From Leucoraja ocellata (taxonomy: Eukaryota), in the NCBI GenBank assembly GCA_036785375.1, contig JAWMAR010000053.1, forward strand, positions 6,448,001 to 6,512,000: a stretch of 64,000 nucleotides of DNA, in the 5' to 3' direction. Within the stretch, counting starts at the first letter, position 1. The number at the start of each line of letters is the position of its first letter. Under the pieces are notes generated by a model. It saw only the letters and a program-made list of their open reading frames with translations. It was not told where the DNA came from and did not search any database. Shown here in pieces: positions 24,595-35,735 of this stretch. The position numbers and the translations under genes were made by a program.

Positions 24595-25809
24595 AATCGT
24601 ATGAACTACGACTAAATCGTACGCGGGCTACTTTTGTTCATTTTTAGTCGAATCACAGAATCAATTAAAATGGTCAAGAAAAAATTAAACACAAAAAAAG
24701 GTTCCTATATATACCAACGGATATTACAACACTTCCATGTAAAATAAAGCAAAATTGACACTGAAACTGCTGGTTTCGTCTGCTCTAGTTTAGTTAACGT
24801 CGACTTTCTGGACGTCACAACGAAACTACTGAAGTTCATAAAGTTGGGTGAGTGTTTGCAACTTTAATCGGTTGCTATTAGTCAGAATGTTTTCGTCTGC
24901 TATGTATATTTTACTGATACAGCGGTCCAAAACAAATATATAACTTACGGCTCCCAATCTTCTAGATATCTTATTTTCTAAAGAAAAAAAATATTTATTT
25001 CGGTCCAAGAATTGAAAGTTGGGGCGAAGAAGGGCCAAGAAGGTGGGTGTAGAGCGATCGTGTGTGACTGCACATGTTTGCACAGACAATAAATAAACAG
25101 AGAGGCATAAGGGAGCCGTATTAGGAACAATTACAATCTGAAAAACGTCCAAATATATTATTTTGCAGGCTAAGATAGAACGTCATCTGCTGTGTTCCAT
25201 TTGCTGGTATCAGAGTCTTCGCTGAATATATGAATTGCTGTAAACATTTGTGCGTGGTCAGGAATGTTTAACTTGGAATAAATCATGGAAGGTTAGAGCA
25301 AACTGATGGAACTTAGTTTTATTTAGTTTTGTTTTGATTCGGCGTTTAAACAATTTGCTACTAAAATTCAAATCGAATGTATTTACATTTTGCATAACAA
25401 AACATTTTGCTAGTAGAAATACGTATCTCTGTTTTCCTGGTGTTTTCTCTCACAAGCCCTTCCGTTGTTGAAGCTTGCAGATTCCTCGTTATGTTTATTC
25501 AATTGGACTACCGACGAGCGTTTTGTATGTAAATGTATGTTGCTGCGAATGTACCGCACTGATTTTTGTTTGCATATATGGTTGGGAATAGTTACAAATT
25601 TGTCCAGAATTTGTGAATTAATTGTTTTCGTCTCTTTAAATAGTGTCTGCATTTTATTTGTCGCCGACAGACAAAAACATTGAATTGGTGGATTTCAAAG
25701 AACACCGTAATTACACGAAGAAAACCATAAAGACATTAAGACGTCTAGCCAGCTGTGGGGTTTATCGTATCCCGTTCCTTCCTGTTTTAAAGTACTGTAT
25801 GCAAAATCG

Positions 25810-25826
25810 TGGCAATAGATGGCGTT
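25810..25826 (+). promoter_or_regulatory. Weaker CTCF-like motif in the opposite orientation
   Basis: tggcaatagatggcgtt versus consensus CCACTAGATGGCG. Confidence 0.45.
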
Positions 25827-26083
25827 GCAATTCAACACCTTCAGAAAACACGACATGTTTTCCAGGAGCTTCTGCAAAATGAGAACGGTTCTAATTGAAG
25901 AAATTCACACAATTGTTTATAGTGGGATATCGAACTGCGACAGCGGCGTGAAATTAAACATAGCTGTACATCTGTTTGTGCTTTGTGGTTGATTATTTCA
26001 TCCCTGTTCAGCATCTTTCCACTAATACTTCGCGGTTGGTTGTATTTTTAATTTTCCCATCCTGCTACATGGTTTTGCAGGTG

Positions 26084-26084
<1 letters not shown>

Positions 26085-26126
<42 letters not shown>
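26085..26126. repeat. (TA)n microsatellite
   Basis: About 21 TA units by direct inspection. Confidence 0.95.
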
Positions 26127-26130
<4 letters not shown>

Positions 26131-27664
26131 AACAGTCTACTCAAACATGAAGGGAGAAATTATGGAACACCTATCAACAGTCTATAAATGTCTGCTCAAG
26201 AGTCGATCTCCTACATGAAAGCGGGCACTAGCTCATATACCGAAGGAATATATAAGGTGAATTGGTTAAAAAGGATGAGCAACTTTATCTATTATCTATA
26301 GAAAGTGCATCAGTATGCGGTTGGTTGGTGATATCTAAAAGCCACGTGCAAAATGTCCAAAGTTTCAGAACAGGCTGTATAATTTAATCCAGCAAACAGG
26401 GCATTTCCATAAAATGAGTGCTAGTCAGATAATCGGAAGTAAATCGTATTTATGCCATCTTAATAACACCATCTAATCGACATTACTGGGTGTTTTCAAT
26501 GTAAAACTGAGGCAAGGTATGATGTCAAACTAACGGACTATGTAGGTCCTCCTACAATGTTCCGTTGTTTGCATCGGAAGAGTGTTTATCGACTTATAAA
26601 CGGCGTATTGCCCAGGCAGCCTAACCTAAGATGTTCATAAACATTTTATTGTAATCTTATTAACCAAAAGTAAGGTGGAGAGGAGCGTGCATCAGTGGAA
26701 CATGCCGCTTTTATTTATAGCATTTCGACTTTTGCAAGACAGTATAATTTTTATTGTCACATCTGTCCCAGCCATTAAATACCGTAGAGGATTTTGAGTA
26801 AATCAGAAAGTACGGTAAAACCATATTTTCTTCCATCCTCAGAGTTAATTCATTGCAATGGATTTGACTTATGTAGTGGCCCGAGAAACTGGCTCTTTAT
26901 TAGATTGTTCAAATCGACGACATGAAAGCAGGTCAGATTCTTGTCGCTAAAACCAAACGTGTTTCAGATTGTCCCAAACGCACAAAAAAAGATACCCCTG
27001 TCTCCCAGCCACTGGGAAACTAACAACATTTAAACAATTTCCATTTATTTGTGTTCGATAGCCAAAATGTCTCTTGCTCAATGACACTTTTAAATTACTC
27101 GAGGACTAGATCATTTTCCAGGGTGACCGTGAAGCTTTTGCTAAGGTAACCTGAAATATTATAAATAAATATTACATTGCCTTTATCAGCACAGTGGTGG
27201 TCTCATTACATCGGAAATTAACAACGTTTGCATTACATTCCACGGCGAACTGGCATAAAAACGGCATAAATGGTACTGTATCGTTTCCCTCAAAAGTTAT
27301 CTCTAAACATTTTTTTTCTAGCAATACAGCAGATACACGGCATTTTAAATATTGCACATCCAAACGGGATGTTCAAATGTGCGTGTTTTGTCTGTATAAA
27401 ACAAGTATATCAGTATTATGTCGTCAAAGTTCTAACGTAATACAACTAACGTGCTGACATCAGTTTAAATTTAGTTCAATGTAACCCATAGCAGCAAATC
27501 AGGAACAGCCACTCGATGCAAGGCAGTTGTTGAAACACAGAATTGTTCTGAAACAGTACAACAAAGACCGTGCTTCGATCGACCAATCACCACCAGATAG
27601 ATAGAACAGTTTTTACACAGTCTGTAGAGGTTTTCAGATCTTTCACTGGGAACAAGTTGGCAAA

Positions 27665-27906
27665 TCAAGACCCTTCGTTGTTTTTCACCTTGTTCATCTT
27701 TTTCATTTTCATTCTTCTGTTTTGAAACCAAATTTTTACTTGCCGCTCGGTAAGATTTAAAATTCTAGCAACTTCATAGCGGCGGTCTCTGGTAAGATAC
27801 ATATTAAATAAAAACTCCTTTTCCAATTCAAGCGTTTGGTATTTAGTGTAGGGGCAACGCTTCTTCCTGGTAGAGCGAGCGTGGATCCAGTTGATTGCCG
27901 GATGAT
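27665..27906 (-). CDS. HOXD9: HoxD9 exon 2 (homeodomain); not in the ORF track in the correct frame
   Basis: [80 protein letters not shown]. Acceptor ttacttcCAG at 27907-27909; stop TGA at 27665-27667. Confidence 0.95.
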
Positions 27907-28449
27907 CTGGAAGTAAGGAATAAAGAAGAATTAAAAAGGGGTTAACTTCTCAATATCTTTACGTAAGATTTCAGACTTTCTCAAGGATTCCCACCAACTC
28001 AATAACCAAACCTACAGTACTCTTTTCTCGGTGAATATTTGTCAAGTTCAGGACAGATATATTGAGAAATGGAGCGAGCAATTGCTCTCCGTACTTTTGA
28101 GTATGCCTAGACATGGCTTAATATCAAAACTGAACACAAACGCCTTGATAGGAGTGGTGAAAAAGCACAATTGTTTTAACTTCGATGAGGCAGGATGTTC
28201 GAATTTCGGAAAGCCCCTGTCAAATTCAGTGGGAACCAATGCAGCAACTTTAAAATAAGGTTTTATAGTCTCGCGCAGATTTGTGTGCAAAAATTCTCTG
28301 TAAACAATAAAAAGTTTTTACTGCTAGCTGTGGCTTTTCAGACTTGGGTAGGCGTCTAGACATTTTTATAGGTTTGTAAAACCATCAGCTTTGCACACTC
28401 GGGTCTGCAGGTTCGGGGTTGTAAATCAATCTGCAATTCGTACACTTAC

Positions 28450-29005
28450 TTGGGTCAAGTTGCCGGGGGTTCTCTTCCTTGGGTTCACTGCTGCTCGTAG
28501 TCTCGGAGCTGGTGCATCCAATCTCCTTGGGAAGCTTCTCCCTGCCCTCTCGGTAGGAAGTGCACGTGAATTCGGGAAGGCTGAGAGTTTGCAGCTCATA
28601 GGATGGGCACTCAGTTCTCTTGGCTGCTAGAGTTTCTGGCTTGATTCCGTAATGCCGGCCGGTTGGATGAAATCCGGGGAAAGAGACAGAAGTGGAGAGA
28701 GGTTCTAACCATGAGCGCGGGTATCTGGAATCTGCAGCTCCAAGGTGCGACGGATGCATGAAAGGATGGTATATCCCTGTAACGGCGGCAGAGGATTGTG
28801 GATGGACGGGTGACCAGGGAGTGGAAAACACGGTTGACTTGGGGGTAAAACTGCAGGAGGAAAAATCTGAGCTGTCCGTTACACCTGATGGCCTTGAAGC
28901 TGTGCCGTGGGCTCCTTGTGCACGTCTCGCTGCGTACAAGTCCTCTGTCTCCTGCCCTATCAAAGAATCAACATAATAATTGTGTATGGTGCCACCGGTC
29001 GACAT
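28450..29005 (-). CDS. HOXD9: HoxD9 exon 1
   Basis: MSTGGTIHNYYVDSLIG, FSSCSFTPKS, RSWLEP, GRHYGIKPE and QLDP. Donor A|GTAAGT at 28449. A further in-frame ATG lies at 29026. Confidence 0.95.
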
Positions 29006-29100
29006 TTTAGCCTCTCTCGCTTTCATAGAAAAGGTTACACTGGGAAGTGTATCTGATACCTTCACCCTGAACAATCATAGTATTTTGCCGACTGCAGCCG

Positions 29101-29142
29101 CAGCGATTGGTTGCGCGATTCACGTGACTGTATTTACCAATA
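29101..29142 (-). promoter_or_regulatory. HoxD9 proximal promoter (CCAAT/E-box)
   Basis: gattgg 29105-29110, cacgtgac 29121-29128 and ccaat 29137-29141. Confidence 0.65.
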
Positions 29143-30372
29143 CAGAGAGTAAATCAATCCGCTCATCGGTGTGGCCACATCTGGGCCTAGACCAGCTTTA
29201 GGAGAAATAAAATATTATATTGCCAGTGGAGCAAAAAAAAAAAAAAACTCGCTCGATCAAGAACGTTGGAAACCTTCTTCTGGGGGGTCAGAAGGACTAA
29301 CCCTCCAAGTCCATTCTTGACCCCCAAAAAACAGCTTCTAGAGAAGCAGGGGACTATTTTCTAATTAAAGTCTGTCACTCATTTCATAATCAGCAGCGCG
29401 TAGTCCATGATCTGTGTCAAGAGCAAATATTTGTTAGTGCAATAAAGCGGCAAGAAAACACCTTCGAGGTACGTTGGTGTTTCTATGTTGTACATATACT
29501 CTGTTTGGATGAGAGCTTTCACAGATCATTGAGTTGCGTCTCGCATAAAATAAGTAAAATACATGTCGTGAAATGAAGAATTTAAACCTATCCCTTTAAA
29601 AAAAAACTTGGCTACATTAATTAGTTGCCTTTGGTTTATTTGCCCCCATTTCATTTCTTCGCCGGAGACTTTCATTTGTTTTAAATACCACCACATTTGA
29701 AGTAAATGGCTCTTCCTCTGCCTTGGAGTCTACACTCAGAAGTCACCATAAATGTTTTTATGTCCATCAATAAATTTTTTATGAGGTGTATTTGATTATA
29801 CATTAATGCGCCCTTAATAAAACAGGCCTACTTTGGCACTATAAAGTATGTTTAATCAACAGTGGACGCCCAAATATTCCCACAAAGGGACAATATTCCT
29901 TCCTGTAAATATGCTTCTGGTCCATCGCCTGTTAATCGCAGTTCAGTGCACCATCGGGCAGAGCAGAGGGGAATATATGTTTCAACATAAACGCTCATCA
30001 CCAGCTCCAGTACCTTGTTCCCCGCTCCCGCTGAGTGATACGATGGAGAAGTCGGAATGAGGCGTTGAGCAGAGGTCGGTAAGATTGAAATCAGAGTTTT
30101 AAAACATGACCGACGTTGAACTGGTGTACAGGGAGTGCGTGTTTCTACAGAAATGCCACTCGATGACCGTCCTCCATGACAAAATTAAAATGGACGAAAC
30201 TTCGTTGATGATTTAAAAAAAATGAGTATCTTTCGAATTACGTTTCAGAAGTTCTATTTCCAGTTTAATTATTGGACTTTGTTTTTTATTATATAGCCAA
30301 ATGGTTCAGCAAATTTGGCATTCACCATGATTCGTTTAAAGCCAATAACACGGCCAATCTCAGGAGGTTTCA

Positions 30373-30534
30373 NNNNNNNNNNNNNNNNNNNNNNNNNNNN
30401 NNNNNNNNNNNNNNNNNNNNNNNNNNNNNNNNNNNNNNNNNNNNNNNNNNNNNNNNNNNNNNNNNNNNNNNNNNNNNNNNNNNNNNNNNNNNNNNNNNNN
30501 NNNNNNNNNNNNNNNNNNNNNNNNNNNNNNNNNN
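30373..30534. other. Assembly gap (N run)
   Basis: Run of n. Confidence 1.
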
Positions 30535-33466
30535 AACGCTATTGCTTAATGTTTGTTCTGTATAAGCAAAATAAAAAATTGAATAGATCATTGCGAAAGA
30601 CCACAATCTTCTCCAGTTTGAACCGTTCTGTTACATTACTTCACATTGCGCGACTTTTGCACAGAGACCCTTTGGTCTATTTATGATCATCCTAGAAAAT
30701 ATATCTTTGTTTTTTAGTTTGCTACTCCAGGCTGCTATATGCTGTAATATTCTCAAATAATCATCTTGCCGAATTGAGACAACATATGAATATGTACATT
30801 GTGGCGGCTAACTGATTGAATGGTTTGTTTTCAAAGTGTCACTTGTTTGGTGCGTTGAATGAATACTAATACGTCCAACGCTGCTGCCCCGTGCCATTTG
30901 CAAATTAAAAATGCAAATTTTTACCTTTCTCGCGTGACTGTAAAGAATTACACATAAAATGTTTATATGGATAGATGCAGCGATAGCAGAGCCTGAAGCG
31001 TGGATTGCATTTGTGTGCCTTTTGAGTTATTTTAAATAAACGTTAGATGAAGTTCATTGGTTACTACATTCATGTTTGTACAATTTACTGTCATTCATAA
31101 AATTACTTTAATCGAAGAGCATAATTTTTTCGTTGGCTGCCATTTTGTTGTTCACCAAGTAATTTACTATTATTTACTATTTACAAAAGAGTTAATGTAG
31201 TTAACACAATGCCTTACCACTTAAGTACTCGAATAATAATATATTAGAGATAAATAATCGTGTATTTGTGTTATGTTGTATTATACGGAAGAGAAGCAGG
31301 CTTGTTAAATACTTTATAATCTTTCACCACCGACCGGGATTCGATCAAACCCAACTAAGTATAACACCACCGAAATTCATATTATTAAGGAGGAATATTA
31401 ATTAAATGCGCAAGTTTACCACACTTACCAAAAGAGCATTATTTTATTTATTTTCCCATTTGAATATAGACGACAGTGATTAATAACAAATTAGAAAGAC
31501 TTGTTCCTTATCTAGAACAAACTGGGTGAAAATAATGTATTTAGCATTAGTCAGAATTTATGTCGAAATAAATATTATACTAAACAAACATTGCAAATGT
31601 TCAGGTTTTGGTTCGCATTATGTAAAAACAATATTTTATTTTGCCCTTTGACACGATTAATCCCATTGGTGCGTTTGTTCTAGTTTAATTTCTTACAGTG
31701 TGTCCTTGTGCACGATGCAATGTTAAACGTTTCTGAATCTTGGTATGTTTCAAGTATAATAAAATACGTGCAGCCATGCTATTTTATTTAATTTATCAAT
31801 GTTATAAAGTTTGTAATATCAGCCATTTGTCGAATAGTTATTCTTACTTCGATTTCAAGTTTAAATGTATTTCCCCCTTTTTTTAACGATGCGGCCATTA
31901 GAAGTGAAATTCTATTATTTAAAAATGATACAGCTCGATAAACATACATGGCACTGGCTCTTGAAACCCTTTATTGCTTAGATTCAACCTATTTTTGTCA
32001 AATGGGATGCAACGAATTAATCCTTTATCCCACCGTTTCTTTTTGTTCATTTTTGAATTACAGTTTGATTTATTTTTAAATCTGGTGAGAACTTCTATTT
32101 CACCAGTGCATTTGCATCTTAAACCCATGCATTAGAGTATTAGACATATCAAGATGTCTAATCGTGCCACTAAAACTATTCTTTTGTTTTAGTTGCAGCG
32201 GAGAATATTTACAGGTTGCAACCTCGACTCGTCAGAAGAACGAAAATATTTCATAACATTTGATCCTGACTGCCACCAAATATACTCACTTTATTTCTGA
32301 CGGGATATTAGCACGTGAGCAGCGGAATTGTCATTTACATTGAAACCGTCGGAATATCTCGTCTTGGTTATCCAAGGACTTATTGAAATATGGTTTTCAT
32401 ACCGTGGTTAAACTCAAATAAACAATGCTTAACCGTGAACTTTTTCTTCGTTAATAAAACAGATTATTATTACAATATGTACATATTTCTGTGACATGGC
32501 TTTTTTGTACTGCATAACACAAACATTGATATTTACCAATTTCTATTCTGGGAGATGATTTATACCAATAAATATTATGAATTCCTTATTTATTCAAATT
32601 CATTTATGCCTCGGGAGAAAAGTAAAAACAATATTTGAATGAATTAATCCGCAAATTGACAAATTATGTGCCCGTAATCAAACCGCCACTCTTCGGGATA
32701 ATACTGCTCTTTCCTTTAATTTAAATAGAGGAAACTACCCTCGGATATAATGTTGGCCACTTGATACTCACACATGCACATTCCTTTATGATATTTTAGG
32801 AAATTAGAGAGAATTTATTTCAGAATCGCATGATTACATTTAATTTATTCAACCAGATCAGTATTTGTCGTAGTTAAAACATTTTGATCACATTTTGCCC
32901 CCGAGTAACTTGGTGGATATTAGTGAAGAGTACCCTTCATGTAAAAGAGTTGAAGGTGTTGAAATATAATTCAGGATATATATATGCCCTAAATATATCC
33001 TAAATATATATATATATATATGTCCTAAATTTATAAATCGTGCAACAGTCATGCATATAAATAAAAGAAATGTGCATTACCACTCCACCGCACTCTTTAG
33101 AAAATGGCCAAAATAATTTCGTCTACAGACCTAAATATTGTATTTATGGGACCATGGTTTAAGTGTCACTGTGATTCAAATAATGTTGTGAAAAACGGTA
33201 AACGTTACTCAAATTGCACGAAAACCATTTCGTGTTAACAACTTAAACTTGACCTGCTAAGCAAAGTAAAACGATTGGCCTTATATTCAATAGAACATTC
33301 TTAAATGGAAATATTCTTGCTAAGGTAAACGTGCTATTGTACTTTCAGACAACCTTAACGCTAAAACACTGAAATCGGAATTAACCATAATATCCCAGAG
33401 AGGATACACAAACCCTATTCCACAATCCCCAGTAAGACACTACATTATCGAATCCGTATTTCACGC

Positions 33467-33738
33467 TCACGAGAAGGGCATGTTAGTAGTCAGTCCTCGA
33501 ATTCGGTTTTCTCTGCTCATTTTCTTCAGCTTCATTCTGCGATTTTGAAACCAGATCTTCACTTGTCTGTCGGTCAGATTCACGCCCTTACTTATCTCTA
33601 GACGGCGCTCACGAGTCAGATACATATTAAATAAAAATTCTTTCTCTAATTCCAGAGTTTGATGTTTTGTATAAGGGCATCTCTTTTTCCTTCCACTATG
33701 TGCTGTTAGCCAGTTGCTTATCGGAGTTTTGGTCTCTT
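33467..33738 (-). CDS. HOXD10: HoxD10 exon 2 (homeodomain)
   Basis: [81 protein letters not shown]. Acceptor TAG at 33739-33741. Confidence 0.96.
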
Positions 33739-34798
33739 CTATCAGAAGTAAGAAACAAGAAATGAGATTCTGGTAAATACGCCTCTTACACAGTGCAGTG
33801 CATTTAAGGCTCAACACTTAGGATTAAATACAAAAACAATCACGGCCTCATTAGTTATACCCAACAACAAATTAATAAGTTACTCATTGACAAATGATTT
33901 TTAAAAAATCGATACATATTATTATAATTGGAAAAAGAAATGTGGTTCAATAAAGTTATTGAAAAAATATATTTGCAGTTTGGCAAATAATGCTACAAAA
34001 TATTTCGTTTCATAATTTGAACAATTTAGCAGAGATTTGTTAGTCTACCCAAATATACCCTACTCACACAAACACAATGGGTTTGCAGGTAACGTTACTA
34101 CCTGTGAACTGCTGCTTTCAGATCATAGGTTTTATCCCCCACCAATAGGTCGTTTTTCAAATTCATAACTAAATGTAGTGATTCTATAATACCGACAGTA
34201 CAAATATGCTGATAGTAATTTCAGAAGTAAATCTTCACATTAAACGTATCACGGCTGCCTCTTAGAAAGCGGCTCTATTCAATTTTATGATTATAAACGG
34301 CTAGCAATATTTCAATGTATTTGAAAGGAATTTTTTCCCCACAGGCTATAATAATATGTTATATATTTAATGTAAAGCATTTCAGGCCAATTGACAATGT
34401 TTATACTTCCCCTTCAAACCTTTCAAGTCAGAAATGTTGCAAGTAACTTACATTGCAAGTCACCAAAGTAGCGTCTATAGAATTAATATATGAATATTTA
34501 TTCTTCATAAAGATCGTCTTTGGTACTGGAAGGTTGGTACAATACCGTATCTACCATCTGTGCTGGCCTTTATTGTGCCTTTACCAATTGCATGGTCGTT
34601 ATTAAGCAAAATTACCAACAGTTCACCTTAATAGCCAATGTGATTTTTGTCTTTATTAAAAGGGAAATAATTGAACAAAAGTACATACAACTTGCCAAAT
34701 ATATCACCACCATAGATACCGCATTATAATGGCAATGTAAGGTTTTGTATCCGCGTCACAATACTGCCATGTTCACATTCAATCTTTCCATCGCTCAC

Positions 34799-35537
34799 CT
34801 TCCGCCTCTTTGTCCGTCAGTTCCGAGCCAGACTCGCCGTCTTTGGCGGTTGCTCTGGCCTCCAGTAAACTCGGCTTTGGCTCTGGACTTTCCACATATA
34901 TCCCCTTTATGGATTCCTGGGCGTTTGGTTTCTCGTTTACTTTCGTTTCCGCTGGAGATGGGTCGGACACCTGGAGTTTACTGATAAACCCAGGGTTTGA
35001 ATGCGGCATTACATTGGAACTGAGCTCTCCACTGTGATTATAGTCCAGACCTTTCTCTAGTGGGTAAGCCTGGCAGAGTCTGAAATATCCCGGGATGGGA
35101 ATCTCAGGGTTCTCAATAGAACAGCCTTCGGTTACCAGCCTGGAATAGGTGGGAATTGTGGTGGGGTTTACTTTGACCCGCTTATCAGAATTATACATGC
35201 AGCAAGTGCTTTCTTCCTTTATGCTAGTAGGAAAAGAACACGTGGGCATCTGTGGAGTAACAGGTTGCTCAATTCGACATGGTCTGGAATGGTCAGCCCA
35301 ACCATCTACCTGAGATAAATACGGATGAACGCTCATGCTCATATTTTGATGGGTGATCTCTCCTCGTTTAGTCATGGTCGGGAACAGTCCACAGGTCTGC
35401 ATTCCGTAAGTTCCCATGTCCATACTCGACGGCGTGTACAGGGAGCTGTTTGAATAGAAGCTGTCACCCCTGCAAGCACTGATCAGGGAATCTACTAAAA
35501 ACGAGTTGGTAGCGGGAGAGCTATTGGGACAGGACAT
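34799..35537 (-). CDS. HOXD10: HoxD10 exon 1
   Basis: MSCPNSSPATNSFLVDSLISACR, YGMQTCGL, CRIEQPVT, IKEESTCCMY and IPGYFRL. Donor G|GTGAGC at 34798. Confidence 0.96.
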
Positions 35538-35629
35538 TTTGGAGAGCAATTTGAAGAAAGCAGAGGATGTCCTTTGTAAGCTGACATCTCTAACAAAACA
35601 TTCCCTGTGTAATTGTGGAAGCCTCTGTA

Positions 35630-35735
35630 CAGCCACATGACTACTGAGCCAATGGTATTTGAAAGTGGCCTTGAGGCACTACCTCCCCGAACATCACATG
35701 ATCGCCAGGCAGTTGAATTTGATCTTAACTGTGGA
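35630..35735 (-). promoter_or_regulatory. HoxD10 proximal promoter
   Basis: cacatgac 35634-35641 and ccaatgg 35649-35655, TCAAGGCCA at 35666-35674, a second cacatga at about 35695, and tandem nuclear-receptor-like half sites tgaatt-tgatct-taact. Confidence 0.65.

Noticed and set aside
30272-30686. ORFs containing X runs (also 62015-62411)
   Set aside because: Artefacts of N gaps.
33860-33869. cccaacaaca in the HoxD10 intron matching the 3' part of miR-196
   Set aside because: Only 10 nt, with no seed portion and no hairpin.
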